A stretch of 64,000 bases of DNA, taken from positions 5,527 through 69,526 of the forward strand of contig PASR01000011.1 in assembly GCA_002713365.1 (NCBI GenBank). The letters run 5' to 3'. The stretch is from Rhodospirillaceae bacterium. Its GTDB lineage: Bacteria; Pseudomonadota; Alphaproteobacteria; UBA6615. The notes under the pieces were generated by a model, which saw nothing but the letters and a program-made list of their open reading frames with translations, was not told where the DNA came from and made no database searches. The position numbers and the translations under genes were made by a program. This document shows positions 34,549-45,194 of the stretch, piece after piece. Numbering within the stretch: position 1 is the first letter of the stretch; every line of letters starts with the position of its first letter.

Positions 34549-35391
34549 ATGAAAATTATAAGTTTCAGAGATAAAAAGGGTGAGTCATTTGGCATAGTCG
34601 ATGGTAATGGAAGAATTGTCGATGTTGGACGTAAATCACCATACTCGAGCATTCGTGACGCTCTAAAGGCAGATGCCTTAGAAGAGTTAGCAAAAATCGC
34701 GGCTGATGAGGTGCCTACAACTGGCATGGGTGATATAGAGCTCCTGCCGGTAATTCCAAATCCAGATAAAATAATTTGTGCTGGTCTAAATTATAAGGAT
34801 CATGCAGAACAATTTACCGATGAAATGCCTGAAAACGTTACTTTATTTAGTCGACTTAATAATACATTGGTAGCTCATGGTGATCCTATTATAAGACCTC
34901 AGATCTCGTCTAATTTTGATTTTGAGGGTGAACTTGCTTTAATTATAGGTAAAGGCGGGCGTCATATAACTGAAGTAGATGTCTTATCCCATATTGCCGG
35001 TTATACTTGTTTTTTGGATGGCAGTGTTCGTGACTATCAACGTCATTCACTCACTGCAGGTAAGAATTTTTACCGGACTGGCCCATTAGGTCCTTGGATG
35101 GTTACGGCAGACGAAATACCTGATCCAACTAAATTAGTGTTGACGACGCGTTTAAATAATAAAGTTGTTCAAAAATGTTCTACTGGCTTAATGATATACT
35201 CCATACCTGAAATAGTATCGTATATTTCAGATTTTACACCTTTAGAACCTGGCGATGTAATTGCAACTGGAACGCCCGCAGGAGTTGGAAATGTAAGAAG
35301 CCCAAAATTATTTATGAAAGCGGGTGATATTATAGAAGTAGAAATTACTGAAATTGGTAAATTAAGTAATACTGTAATTGATGAGCAATGA
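34549..35391 (+). CDS. Fumarylacetoacetate hydrolase family protein
   Basis: CAGLNY, DFEGEL, GKNF and GDVIATGTPAGVG. Confidence 0.92.
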   Translation: MKIISFRDKKGESFGIVDGNGRIVDVGRKSPYSSIRDALKADALEELAKIAADEVPTTGMGDIELLPVIPNPDKIICAGLNYKDHAEQFTDEMPENVTLFSRLNNTLVAHGDPIIRPQISSNFDFEGELALIIGKGGRHITEVDVLSHIAGYTCFLDGSVRDYQRHSLTAGKNFYRTGPLGPWMVTADEIPDPTKLVLTTRLNNKVVQKCSTGLMIYSIPEIVSYISDFTPLEPGDVIATGTPAGVGNVRSPKLFMKAGDIIEVEITEIGKLSNTVIDEQ

Positions 35392-35407
35392 TATAGATAA
35401 CATTACT

Positions 35408-36544
35408 CTATCTTAGGTCTTCTACGATAGCTGCGATAGCTTCAATATGAACGGAACCAAATTTTTTTGATCTGTCAGGAGACCAGCCGAAAATAGGGTC
35501 AGGATTATTGTCGTTATCTTTAAACGGCATTTCTAAAGTTAAGGCAAGGCAACCAAACTTCTCTGCAATATAGTTGGCACACATCGATAAATTACCTTTT
35601 CCTGGAGGACTAGCTGGATATCCGTGCTCCGTCTGAAATTCATTACTAGATTCTAATAGAGCTTTTTCAAATTTTAACTTTAATGACTTTTGTCTTTCGT
35701 TTAATGAAGGTATTCCCATCATGCCTGTAAGAAAATTGTAGGGAAGGGCCTCGTCACCATGAACGTCTAAACAAAAATCAACTCCAGTTTCCAACATTTT
35801 TTTTCGAACCAGAAAAACTTCTGGGCTTCTTGCCATGCTTGGTGATAGCCACTCCCGATTAAGGTTTGTTCCGACAGCATTAGTTCGAAGATGACCACGT
35901 TTAGTTCCGTCAGGATTCATGTTTGGAATTAGATAAAAAACTATTTTTTCTAATATTTCTGCGCTTATGTTATCGTCAGAGAAAATTAGTCGCTCAAGTA
36001 GACCTTCCATCCACCATTCGGCCATACTTTCCCCGGGATGTTGCCGGGCTATTATCCAACAGACTCTTTTATTAGGTCCTTCTTCACCAATTCTCACAAG
36101 GTCAATGTCTTGGCCATCAAGCGTTTTTCCAAGAACCGAAATTTTAGCCTTTGTTGATTGTTGAATCATGGCAATTAGATCATTATGACGCTCAGTGGTG
36201 TAGGGAGCAAAATATGCAAACCAAACAGAATCAGTTTTTGGTGTATACTCAAATGTTAAAACCCCATCTATAAAATTAGTTTTTATCCTTCTCCAATCTT
36301 TTTTATTTTCAGATGCTACTGCTTTATAATTTGTCCAGCCTTTCGTATAAGCAGATCCGCTGGCATTAGTTATATGAAGTTTACACTCTTGATCTCTCGC
36401 GCCACTCAAACGAAAATAAAACCATTGATAGAAATCAGAATTATGATCTTTCAGTATCTCTAATTGTATATTATCTGATGAATCTGCAGATAAGCATGAA
36501 ATGTTACCACTATCAAAAGCACTACTTATTATAAAGGGGGGCAT
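35408..36544 (-). CDS. M14 cytosolic-type zinc carboxypeptidase
   Basis: FDSGN, WFYF, YFAPY, ARQHPGE, NPDG, NLNREW and LDVHG. Confidence 0.9.
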   Translation of the reverse strand: MPPFIISSAFDSGNISCLSADSSDNIQLEILKDHNSDFYQWFYFRLSGARDQECKLHITNASGSAYTKGWTNYKAVASENKKDWRRIKTNFIDGVLTFEYTPKTDSVWFAYFAPYTTERHNDLIAMIQQSTKAKISVLGKTLDGQDIDLVRIGEEGPNKRVCWIIARQHPGESMAEWWMEGLLERLIFSDDNISAEILEKIVFYLIPNMNPDGTKRGHLRTNAVGTNLNREWLSPSMARSPEVFLVRKKMLETGVDFCLDVHGDEALPYNFLTGMMGIPSLNERQKSLKLKFEKALLESSNEFQTEHGYPASPPGKGNLSMCANYIAEKFGCLALTLEMPFKDNDNNPDPIFGWSPDRSKKFGSVHIEAIAAIVEDLR

Positions 36545-36557
36545 ATTATTACTTTCA

Positions 36558-37610
36558 CTAAGGTATAATGTTAATGTCGCGTAGCTTTTGTATTTGGTTT
36601 GTTATAGTAGTTTCGGTGTCTAGTGAATTATTCCATCCTGCTTGTCTTATTTTTGTAATACTAGACATTTGATCGTAGCCGTTACCTAATGCCATATCTA
36701 AATAATCCCAGTTAGTTAGTTCTGCTAGAGTGTAGTTTTGAAGGTCATATGTTCTCACTATCTCTGACCAAATCGCTTCTTTATCAAGCATTACCTCTTT
36801 TAAAGGCAATGTTTGAACTGGTCCTATCTCCATGTCGAAAAAAGATGCAATGCTTGGCCAAACTTGGTTCCACCGAAAAAAATCACCATTACTTATATTA
36901 TAGGCTTCATTGACTGCATTAGGAGTGGTGGCGGCCCAGTACATGCCGTCAGCTAGTAATTCAGTATCAATTATATTATATAGGCAATCGTAAAACTCTT
37001 GTGTACCTGGCCAGCGTAATTGTAGACCCAAGTGCTTTGAAATAACGGCATAAAGAACTATGCCAGTCATTAAATTCATTCTGCCGCCTATGGAAAACCC
37101 CCATATTCCATGCGGTCTTAGTGCTGACCAGTTCCATGCCTTTTCTTTTTGCCTTTTCTTAATCCAATCTTCTTGTGCGTGATAGAAATTTTGAACTAGC
37201 GGTCGGGGGTCATCTTCTTTCGCTGGTGTTTTATAAGGACCCAAGTAGCTTCCATACCACTTGGCACCATGCATTAATTGTACATGCTCTAATCTATTAT
37301 TTACTGGTTCTAGTGTGTCCAAAAGGTTAGTCAACATTGATACATTTGGCTTTATTTCTGCTTCAACTGAGTTTCGTGGAGCATAGGCACAAAAAAAGAC
37401 ATGGGTAGTTTCAGCTAGGTGCTCAGCAATACTATTGCATTCAGATTTGTTAAGTAAATCTACTGAAAGAAATTTTGCATTACTATTATAGTTCGATGGT
37501 CGGCGTGACAATCCTATAATATTCCAATCGGGATTATAATCTAGATATTCTATAATTGCTCTGCCGGTAACACCTAGCGCTCCTGGCACTAGTGCAGTTT
37601 TTTTTACCAC
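36558..37610 (-). CDS. PRISE-like (progesterone 5beta-reductase/iridoid synthase-like) SDR, copy 2
   Basis: GALGVTG, GLSRR, GAKWYG, NFYHAQED and KIRQAGW. Confidence 0.85.
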   Translation of the reverse strand: MVKKTALVPGALGVTGRAIIEYLDYNPDWNIIGLSRRPSNYNSNAKFLSVDLLNKSECNSIAEHLAETTHVFFCAYAPRNSVEAEIKPNVSMLTNLLDTLEPVNNRLEHVQLMHGAKWYGSYLGPYKTPAKEDDPRPLVQNFYHAQEDWIKKRQKEKAWNWSALRPHGIWGFSIGGRMNLMTGIVLYAVISKHLGLQLRWPGTQEFYDCLYNIIDTELLADGMYWAATTPNAVNEAYNISNGDFFRWNQVWPSIASFFDMEIGPVQTLPLKEVMLDKEAIWSEIVRTYDLQNYTLAELTNWDYLDMALGNGYDQMSSITKIRQAGWNNSLDTETTITNQIQKLRDINIIP

Positions 37611-37625
37611 TATCTTCTCCTATGC

Positions 37626-38675
37626 CTAAGGAATAATCTTTTTGTCTCTCATGTATTGCAGTTGGTGGGTTATAGTATCTTCTGTATCAAGTACCTCATG
37701 CCAACCAGCTTGACGAATTTTTGTTAAGCTAGACATTTGATCAAACCCATTACTAAAGGCGTAGTCCATAAATTGCCATGTAGCTAAGTCATTTATAGTA
37801 TAGGTATGGAGTTGGTTTTCCTCACAAATTTTGGCCCATATTGATTCTTTTTCTGACATGACTGTCTCTAAATTCAAATTTTGTATAGGGCCTACTTCCA
37901 TATCGAAAAACTCTGCTATGCGCGGCCACAAATGACACCATCTTGTAAAATCGCCATTAGTTATATTAAATATTTCATTCTCTGCTTCTTTTGTAGTAGC
38001 TGTCCAAATCATAGCTCTTGCAAGCAAGCTGACGTCTACTATTTGATAGACTGCGTTATATAGGGCAGGAGTTCCAGGAAATTTTAATGGTAGGCCAGCA
38101 TATTTTGATAATGTTGCATATACGGCAATTGATGTAAGCATATTCATCTCGCTACCAATCGAAAATCCCCAGACACCATGTGGAAGCAAAGCTGACCACG
38201 TCCAGGCCTTACCCAGTTGTTTTTTAGCAAGCCAGTCATGCTGTGCGTAATAGAAATTAGGCGGCATATGTCTAGAGTCGGTTTCTTTTGCCGGGGTTTT
38301 ATATTGCTTGCCAAACTGCACACCGTACCATTTTGCTCCAAGCATTAATTGTACGTGTTTTAGATTGGGTGCAATCTGTTCTATAGTTTCGACTAGATTT
38401 TGTAACATAGCCAGGTTAGGAGCGACCTCTTCACTAAATGTTTTTCGAGCTGCATAGGGGGTGAAAAATATGTGCGTAACGCTTTTGAGCATTGCAAGTT
38501 TAGTTTTACACTCCTCTAAGTTAAGTAAGTCTAGAGATATAAATTCAGCAGTTGTTTCAAAGTCTGGCTTTCTTCGAGACAAACCATAAACTGACCATTC
38601 TGAGTTGTTTTCTAAGTTTTCAACAAGAGAGCGTCCTATGACACCTAGGCCTCCAGCTATTAGTGCGGTTGGCAT
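37626..38675 (-). CDS. PRISE-like SDR, copy 1
   Basis: GGLGVIG, GLSRR, GAKWYG, NFYYAQHD and KIRQAGW. Confidence 0.85.
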   Translation of the reverse strand: MPTALIAGGLGVIGRSLVENLENNSEWSVYGLSRRKPDFETTAEFISLDLLNLEECKTKLAMLKSVTHIFFTPYAARKTFSEEVAPNLAMLQNLVETIEQIAPNLKHVQLMLGAKWYGVQFGKQYKTPAKETDSRHMPPNFYYAQHDWLAKKQLGKAWTWSALLPHGVWGFSIGSEMNMLTSIAVYATLSKYAGLPLKFPGTPALYNAVYQIVDVSLLARAMIWTATTKEAENEIFNITNGDFTRWCHLWPRIAEFFDMEVGPIQNLNLETVMSEKESIWAKICEENQLHTYTINDLATWQFMDYAFSNGFDQMSSLTKIRQAGWHEVLDTEDTITHQLQYMRDKKIIP

Positions 38676-38779
38676 TATTTTATGATCTCCTAAGAATATT
38701 CTATTACTCGGTCTTCTTTATATTATTAATGTAAGCTATTAAAAGGGAATATAGCGGCTTTAAATTTGAAAGGCGAACA

Positions 38780-40375
38780 ATGGTTAGTCAAAGAATGAAA
38801 TATTGGGGTTGGGGCTATGAAAATAATGGCCTTAATAAGAATCAGGTGCACAGCCTTATAAAAATTCTAGCCCAAGATTTTGGTGTTCTAGCAAGTAGTA
38901 ATATTAAGAAACCTGAAGTTTCTGATATTAAATTACATAAACCAAAACTGATACCACCCGATAGTCTTCTTAAATTTTGTACAAATGAGCCATATGAAAG
39001 AGTTCTGCATAGCTTTGGACAATCACAGCCGGATTCAATTCGTATATTTGATGGGGATTTTAAACACGCTCCTGATGTTATTGCCTATCCAGAACGATCT
39101 GATCAAATAAATGCAATTTATGATTGGGCAAGTGGGGTAGGTGCAGCGATAGTGCCTTATGGGGGTGGTTCGTCGGTTGTGGGCGGAGTTACCCCGGATA
39201 TTGAGGGTCATTACAAAGGTACGGTGATGGTTAACATGACAAAATTGAATAAAGTCCTTGAAGTTGATGAAACCTCTCGTGCTGCACTAATTCAAGGGGG
39301 CGCAAAGGGACCTGAATTAGAAAATCAGTTAAAGCCCTATAATCTAACCCTTCGTCATTTTCCTCAATCATTTGAACATTCAACTCTGGGTGGTTGGATC
39401 GCTACTCGATCGGGTGGTCATTTTGCTACTCTTTATACTCATATTGATGATTTGGTAGAGAATATCACATCAATCACGCCTTCTGGTTGTTTTGAATCGC
39501 GTCGATTGCCTGGATCAGGTTCTGGACCTAGTCCTGATAGGTTTATTATGGGAACTGAAGGGGCTTTGGGCATTATTACTGAAGCATGGGTTCGCTTGCA
39601 GGGCCGTCCCGTTTTTAAATTAACTGCTGGGTTTCGTTTTGCTAAATTTTTAGATGCATCTCTTGCCGTGCGATCTATCTCTCAGTCAGGTTTGTTTCCA
39701 GCAAATGTAAGAATTGTTGATGCTACAGAACTACAAGTAAATGGAGCTGGTGACGGGACTTATACATTAATGGTAGTTTCGTTTGAATCATCAGATCATT
39801 CAGTTGAACCATGGATGAAAAGAGCTGAGGAATGTTGTCTTGATCATGGTGGAATAATAGATATTGATTGGCGAGAAAATCCAGATACAAATTTGAAGGG
39901 AGCGGTAGGTGCTTGGAGAGACGCATTCATTCGCATGCCCTATAATCGTGAGAATTTAACACCTCGTGGAATTATTTCTGATACTTTTGAGACAGCTATA
40001 ACTTGGGACAAGTTTGAAGAATTTTATTGGGCAATTAAAGATGCTACGCAACAAGCGATTAGAGATGTTACAGGCCAAAATGGTGCTGTTTCATGCAGAT
40101 TTAGCCATGCTTATCCTGATGGGCCTGCGCCATATTTTGCATTTCACTGCACAGGGAAGCCTGGAGGCATGCTTGAACAGTGGAAGGCAATAAAATATGC
40201 AGCATCTGAAGCTCTTATTAAAAACGGTGGCACTATTACGCATCATCATGCTGTAGGACGAGATCATCAAAAGTGGTATGAGAAACAACGACCAAAATTG
40301 TTTGGTCATATACTTAAGGATGCAAAAAACCGTCTCGACCCAGATGGTATTATGAACCCAGGTGTGGTGGTTTAA
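38780..40375 (+). CDS. FAD-linked oxidase, alkyl-DHAP synthase-like
   Basis: WGWG N-terminus, PYGGGSSVVGG, HFPQSFEHSTLGGW, GTEG and THHHAVG. Confidence 0.85.
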   Translation: MVSQRMKYWGWGYENNGLNKNQVHSLIKILAQDFGVLASSNIKKPEVSDIKLHKPKLIPPDSLLKFCTNEPYERVLHSFGQSQPDSIRIFDGDFKHAPDVIAYPERSDQINAIYDWASGVGAAIVPYGGGSSVVGGVTPDIEGHYKGTVMVNMTKLNKVLEVDETSRAALIQGGAKGPELENQLKPYNLTLRHFPQSFEHSTLGGWIATRSGGHFATLYTHIDDLVENITSITPSGCFESRRLPGSGSGPSPDRFIMGTEGALGIITEAWVRLQGRPVFKLTAGFRFAKFLDASLAVRSISQSGLFPANVRIVDATELQVNGAGDGTYTLMVVSFESSDHSVEPWMKRAEECCLDHGGIIDIDWRENPDTNLKGAVGAWRDAFIRMPYNRENLTPRGIISDTFETAITWDKFEEFYWAIKDATQQAIRDVTGQNGAVSCRFSHAYPDGPAPYFAFHCTGKPGGMLEQWKAIKYAASEALIKNGGTITHHHAVGRDHQKWYEKQRPKLFGHILKDAKNRLDPDGIMNPGVVV

Positions 40376-40506
40376 AAAAAATAAAGTTAGTATTATTTAT
40401 AGTATTTTGAAATTATAAATAAATAATAAGACCGTAATCTAAATGGCATAAAGTATAAACAATATAAGTTCGTTAAGTTAAAATAAATAAAATAGGGATA
40501 AGTATA

Positions 40507-42678
40507 ATGGCAGACCGGATTGAAGCTGGCTCACTCAGAGTTGATAAAGAACTATATGATTTTATTAATGATTTTGCTTTACCGGGAACAGATATTAAAT
40601 CTCAGGAATTTTGGCATGGTTTTGAAAAAATTGTTAACGAACTAACACCTATAAACAGAAATTTATTGGCTAAACGGGATGAACTACAAATAAAAATTGA
40701 TGCCTGGTATGAAGAACATCGTGGCGAAACATCAGATCTTGCAGCTTATAAACTATTTTTAAAAGAAATTGGTTACTTAGTGGAAGAAGGTGAAGAATTT
40801 ACAGTAACAACTACCAACATTGATACTGAAATTTCTCAAATAGCTGGTCCGCAGTTAGTAGTTCCAGTAACAAATGCACGTTATTCGCTTAATGCAGCTA
40901 ATGCACGCTGGGGAAGTTTGTATGACGCTCTTTATGGAACTGACGCTATACCAGAGTTAGATGGAGCTGAGAGGAGCAGTGCATATAACGAAGTGCGTGG
41001 GGCTGCTGTTATTAAATTTGCTAGAGATTTTATTGATTCATCTGCACCGCTTTTAAATGGTACTCATCATAACGCAGTATCTTACAGTATTAAGAATAGT
41101 CAGCTAGCTGTAACGTTAGATGATGGTACAATTAGTTATTTGTCTGAACCCGAAAAATTCATTGGTTATCAAGGAGAACAAGATTCCCCTAAATCAGTTT
41201 TGTTAAAAAATAATAACCTTCATTTTGAAATCTCAATTAATAGGGATCATGTTATTGGCAAAGATGATCCTGCTGGGGTTAGTGATGTTATTGTCGAATC
41301 AGCAATAACTACAATAATGGATTGTGAAGACTCTGTTGCTACAGTTGATGCTGAAGACAAGGTTGTTGCGTATCGCAACTGGTTAGGATTAATGAGAGGG
41401 GATTTATCAGAGACATTTGATAAAGAGGATAAAACTATAAAACGTTCTTTAAACCCCGACCGTAAATATATTTCCTCTGATGGTTCAGAACTTGTATTAC
41501 AGGGCCGCAGCCTAATGCTAATCCGTAATGTTGGTCATCTTATGACTAACCCAGCTATTTTAGATAATGATGGTAATGAAGTTTATGAAGGTATTCTTGA
41601 TGCCATGATTACTTCTATGATTGCTATTCATGACCTAAAGCAAGGGAAAAACAGCAGAACCGGTTCGGTATATATAGTTAAACCAAAGATGCATGGACCG
41701 GAAGAGGTTGAGTTTACCAACCAGATGTTTACAAAAATTGAAGAAGTTTTAGGCCTAGATTCTTTTACTCTTAAGATAGGTATTATGGATGAAGAGAGAA
41801 GAACAACAGTAAACTTAAAAGAATGCATTAGAGCGGCTAAAGATCGGGTATTTTTTATTAATACAGGATTTCTTGATCGAACAGGAGATGAGATGCATAC
41901 GGCCATGGAAGCAGGGCCAATGATAAGAAAAGCAGACATGAAGTCTGCCGTTTGGATACAAACCTATGAGGATTGGAATGTAGATATTGGCCTAAAATGC
42001 GGCCTTCCGGGCCGTGCGCAGATTGGTAAGGGCATGTGGGCCATGCCAGATTTGATGGCTGATATGCTGGATACTAAAATTGGCCATCCTCAGTCAGGTG
42101 CTAATACAGCCTGGGTGCCTTCTCCTACTGCAGCGACACTTCATGCCACGCATTATCATCAGGTTAATGTAGTAGAACTTCAAAAGAAACTTTATACAAG
42201 GTCTCAAGCTAGTTTGGATAACATACTGACAATTCCATTATCTGAACGTCCAAATTGGCCTGAGAATGAAATACAACAAGAACTTGATAATAATGCCCAA
42301 GGAATACTTGGTTATGTAGTTCGTTGGATAGATCAGGGAGTCGGTTGTTCAAAAGTTCCTGATATTAATAATATAGGGTTGATGGAAGATCGTGCTACTT
42401 TAAGAATTTCAAGCCAACATATAGCCAATTGGTTGCGCCATGGTATTTGTAGTGAAGAACAGGTAGTAGAAACATTTCAGCGTATGGCAGCAGTTGTTGA
42501 TAAACAAAATACTAATGACCCGCTTTATAACCCAATGGCTCCTAATTTTGATAATAACATAGCTTTTCAAGCAGCATGCGACCTAGTATTTAAAGGCCGT
42601 GAACAGCCAAATGGTTATACAGAACCAATTTTACATTCACGTCGCCAGGAGGCTAAGGCAAAGCAATCGGCAATATAG
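40507..42678 (+). CDS. glcB: Malate synthase G
   Basis: [30 protein letters not shown] and [13 protein letters not shown]. Confidence 0.98.
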   Translation: MADRIEAGSLRVDKELYDFINDFALPGTDIKSQEFWHGFEKIVNELTPINRNLLAKRDELQIKIDAWYEEHRGETSDLAAYKLFLKEIGYLVEEGEEFTVTTTNIDTEISQIAGPQLVVPVTNARYSLNAANARWGSLYDALYGTDAIPELDGAERSSAYNEVRGAAVIKFARDFIDSSAPLLNGTHHNAVSYSIKNSQLAVTLDDGTISYLSEPEKFIGYQGEQDSPKSVLLKNNNLHFEISINRDHVIGKDDPAGVSDVIVESAITTIMDCEDSVATVDAEDKVVAYRNWLGLMRGDLSETFDKEDKTIKRSLNPDRKYISSDGSELVLQGRSLMLIRNVGHLMTNPAILDNDGNEVYEGILDAMITSMIAIHDLKQGKNSRTGSVYIVKPKMHGPEEVEFTNQMFTKIEEVLGLDSFTLKIGIMDEERRTTVNLKECIRAAKDRVFFINTGFLDRTGDEMHTAMEAGPMIRKADMKSAVWIQTYEDWNVDIGLKCGLPGRAQIGKGMWAMPDLMADMLDTKIGHPQSGANTAWVPSPTAATLHATHYHQVNVVELQKKLYTRSQASLDNILTIPLSERPNWPENEIQQELDNNAQGILGYVVRWIDQGVGCSKVPDINNIGLMEDRATLRISSQHIANWLRHGICSEEQVVETFQRMAAVVDKQNTNDPLYNPMAPNFDNNIAFQAACDLVFKGREQPNGYTEPILHSRRQEAKAKQSAI

Positions 42679-42759
42679 ATAAATTAATTAGTTTATAATC
42701 GGGTTAATTAATAATCGTGAAAAATAGCTATTGGACTTTAAACTCGTGGGAGAAGAGAT

Positions 42760-44211
42760 ATGCAATTAGCTGACTCTAAACTATTTCGCCAAAAATGTTA
42801 TGTAAATGGGGATTGGATAGACGCCGATGATGGAAATACTATTGATGTGACTAATCCAGTTGATAACTCGATAATAGGTACTATTCCTAAATTAGGTTCT
42901 GAAGAAACAAGGCGTGCTATAGAAGGTGCTGAAAAAGCACAAAGGAATTGGCGTCAATTAACCGGTAAAGAACGCTCTACAATATTAAGAAACTGGTATA
43001 ATTTGATGATGGAGAACCAAGAAGATCTTGCCATCTTGATGACAATTGAACAGGGGAAACCACTAAACGAATCCCGTGGAGAAATCTTATATGCTGCATC
43101 TTTTATAGAATGGTTTGCAGAAGAGGGAAAACGAGTCTACGGAGATACAATACCAGGTCACCAACGTGATAAACGTATAGTAGTACTTAAAGAACCAATA
43201 GGAGTTTGTGCAGCAATTACTCCATGGAATTTTCCTTCTGCTATGATAACTCGTAAAGCAGGACCGGCACTTGCTGCAGGCTGTTCAATGGTAGTTAAAC
43301 CGGCTACTTCCACTCCATATTCTGCGCTAGCCATGGCCGAATTAGCAGAAAGAGCGGGTGTTCCTCCAGGTGTCCTAAGTGTTGTTACAGGTGGATCTTC
43401 AGATATTGGTGGAGAGTTAACCTCAAACCCAATTGTTCGAAAACTTACTTTTACTGGTTCCACAGAAGTAGGCAGAAAACTAATTGAACAATGCGCTGGT
43501 ACTATTAAAAAGGTATCTATGGAACTTGGAGGAAACGCACCTTTTCTAGTTTTTGATGATGCTGACCTTGATGAAGCTGTTGAGGGGGCAATGGCATCTA
43601 AATATCGCAATACCGGTCAAACTTGTGTCTGTGCAAACCGTATTTTAGCTCAAGACGGTATATATGACGAATTTACAGAAAAACTAGCTGATGCAGTTAA
43701 AAATCTTAAGGTAGGAAATGGTTTAGAAGATGGTGTAACACAGGGCCCGTTAATTGATATGGCTGCTGTTGAAAAAGTAGAACAACATATTACTGACGCT
43801 GTTTCTAAAGGCGCACGGATTGTAGTTGGAGGAGATCGCCATGCAATGGGTGGTACATTCTTTCAGCCTACATTATTAGTAGATGTAACACCTACGATGG
43901 AAGTCACGCGAGAAGAGACTTTTGGGCCGTTAGCTCCTATATATAGATTTAAAACTGATGAGGAAGGAATTAAACTAGCTAATGATACTGAATTTGGCTT
44001 AGCTGCATATTTTTATGCTAGAGATGTTAATCGAATTTGGAAAGTCGCAGAAGAACTAGAATCTGGAATTGTTGGCATAAATACTGGTCTTATTTCTACT
44101 GAAGTTGCACCATTTGGTGGGGTTAAAGAATCAGGTATTGGTCGCGAAGGCTCTCACTATGGCCTTGATGATTACCTCGAGATTAAATATTTATGTTACG
44201 GCGGTATTTAG
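42760..44211 (+). CDS. gabD: Succinate-semialdehyde dehydrogenase
   Basis: TPWNFPSAMITRK, MELGGNAP, GQTCVCAN and EETFGP. Confidence 0.95.
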   Translation: MQLADSKLFRQKCYVNGDWIDADDGNTIDVTNPVDNSIIGTIPKLGSEETRRAIEGAEKAQRNWRQLTGKERSTILRNWYNLMMENQEDLAILMTIEQGKPLNESRGEILYAASFIEWFAEEGKRVYGDTIPGHQRDKRIVVLKEPIGVCAAITPWNFPSAMITRKAGPALAAGCSMVVKPATSTPYSALAMAELAERAGVPPGVLSVVTGGSSDIGGELTSNPIVRKLTFTGSTEVGRKLIEQCAGTIKKVSMELGGNAPFLVFDDADLDEAVEGAMASKYRNTGQTCVCANRILAQDGIYDEFTEKLADAVKNLKVGNGLEDGVTQGPLIDMAAVEKVEQHITDAVSKGARIVVGGDRHAMGGTFFQPTLLVDVTPTMEVTREETFGPLAPIYRFKTDEEGIKLANDTEFGLAAYFYARDVNRIWKVAEELESGIVGINTGLISTEVAPFGGVKESGIGREGSHYGLDDYLEIKYLCYGGI

Positions 44212-44250
44212 CGACCAAGGAAAATAATTAAAGGAATACATAGCATATTT

Positions 44251-45150
44251 TTATTCTGCGGCGGCTCCTAGTTTATCAAGTTCAAGAATCTGACGAGCTT
44301 CATTAACGCTAGCTGGATATTCCCCTATAGCTTCAATTATTTTGACAGCTCTTTCAACCATAGGTGTATTTCCAGGGGTGAGAACGCCTCGGGATAGGTA
44401 TAGGTTATCCTCCATGCCGACGCGCACATGTCCTCCCAATACCACTGCTGCAGCTACCATAGGAAATTCTAATCGAGAAATACCAAAGGCAGCCCATTTG
44501 GCATTGCTAGGTAGCTGATCTCGCATTAATTGCATTGATTCCATAGTAGCTCGACCCCCCCAGGGAATTCCAAGGCAAAGTTGAAATAAGGGATTAGGAT
44601 CAGTTATTATTCCTCTATTACACATATCAGAGGCTTGCCACAGCTGTCCTGTATCGAAAACCTCCATCTCAATTTTGACACCGATTTTTTGAATTAAGCC
44701 CGCCATTTTTTCTAACATCGCTTTAGTATTAGTTACCGCAACATCAGAATAGTTCATTGTCGTGACGTCTAAGGTACATAAATCTGGTTTATTTTCGTAT
44801 ATATGTTGAACCCTTTCCTCGGCACTACTTAGAGCACTTCCACTAATAAAATCATGGGGAGAATCAGTTTCGACCGCAAGAATTCCGCCAGGCCCGGTTG
44901 TTAAATTTATAAGAATTGGACAACCGGCGTTCCTTAATCTATCTACTACCTCCTTATATAACTTGGGATCCATACTAGCTTTTGCCGTTTTGGGGTCACG
45001 CACATGGATATGGGCTATTGATGCACCTGCATGGTGTGCGGAGATTGCTTCATTAGCGATTTCTTTGGGGGTAACAGGAACAGCCGGATTCATATGTTTT
45101 GTGTCTGATCCACCTGTTATGGCGCAAGAGATAATAACTGGACGTGCCAT
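44251..45150 (-). CDS. Beta-keto acid cleavage enzyme (BKACE/DUF849), copy 2
   Basis: CAITG, HIHVR, FQLCLGIPWG and RVGMEDN. Confidence 0.9.
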   Translation of the reverse strand: MARPVIISCAITGGSDTKHMNPAVPVTPKEIANEAISAHHAGASIAHIHVRDPKTAKASMDPKLYKEVVDRLRNAGCPILINLTTGPGGILAVETDSPHDFISGSALSSAEERVQHIYENKPDLCTLDVTTMNYSDVAVTNTKAMLEKMAGLIQKIGVKIEMEVFDTGQLWQASDMCNRGIITDPNPLFQLCLGIPWGGRATMESMQLMRDQLPSNAKWAAFGISRLEFPMVAAAVVLGGHVRVGMEDNLYLSRGVLTPGNTPMVERAVKIIEAIGEYPASVNEARQILELDKLGAAAE

Positions 45151-45194
45151 CAGCTTAAACCCTTTCTCTTTTAATTATTTATTAGAGAATTTTA

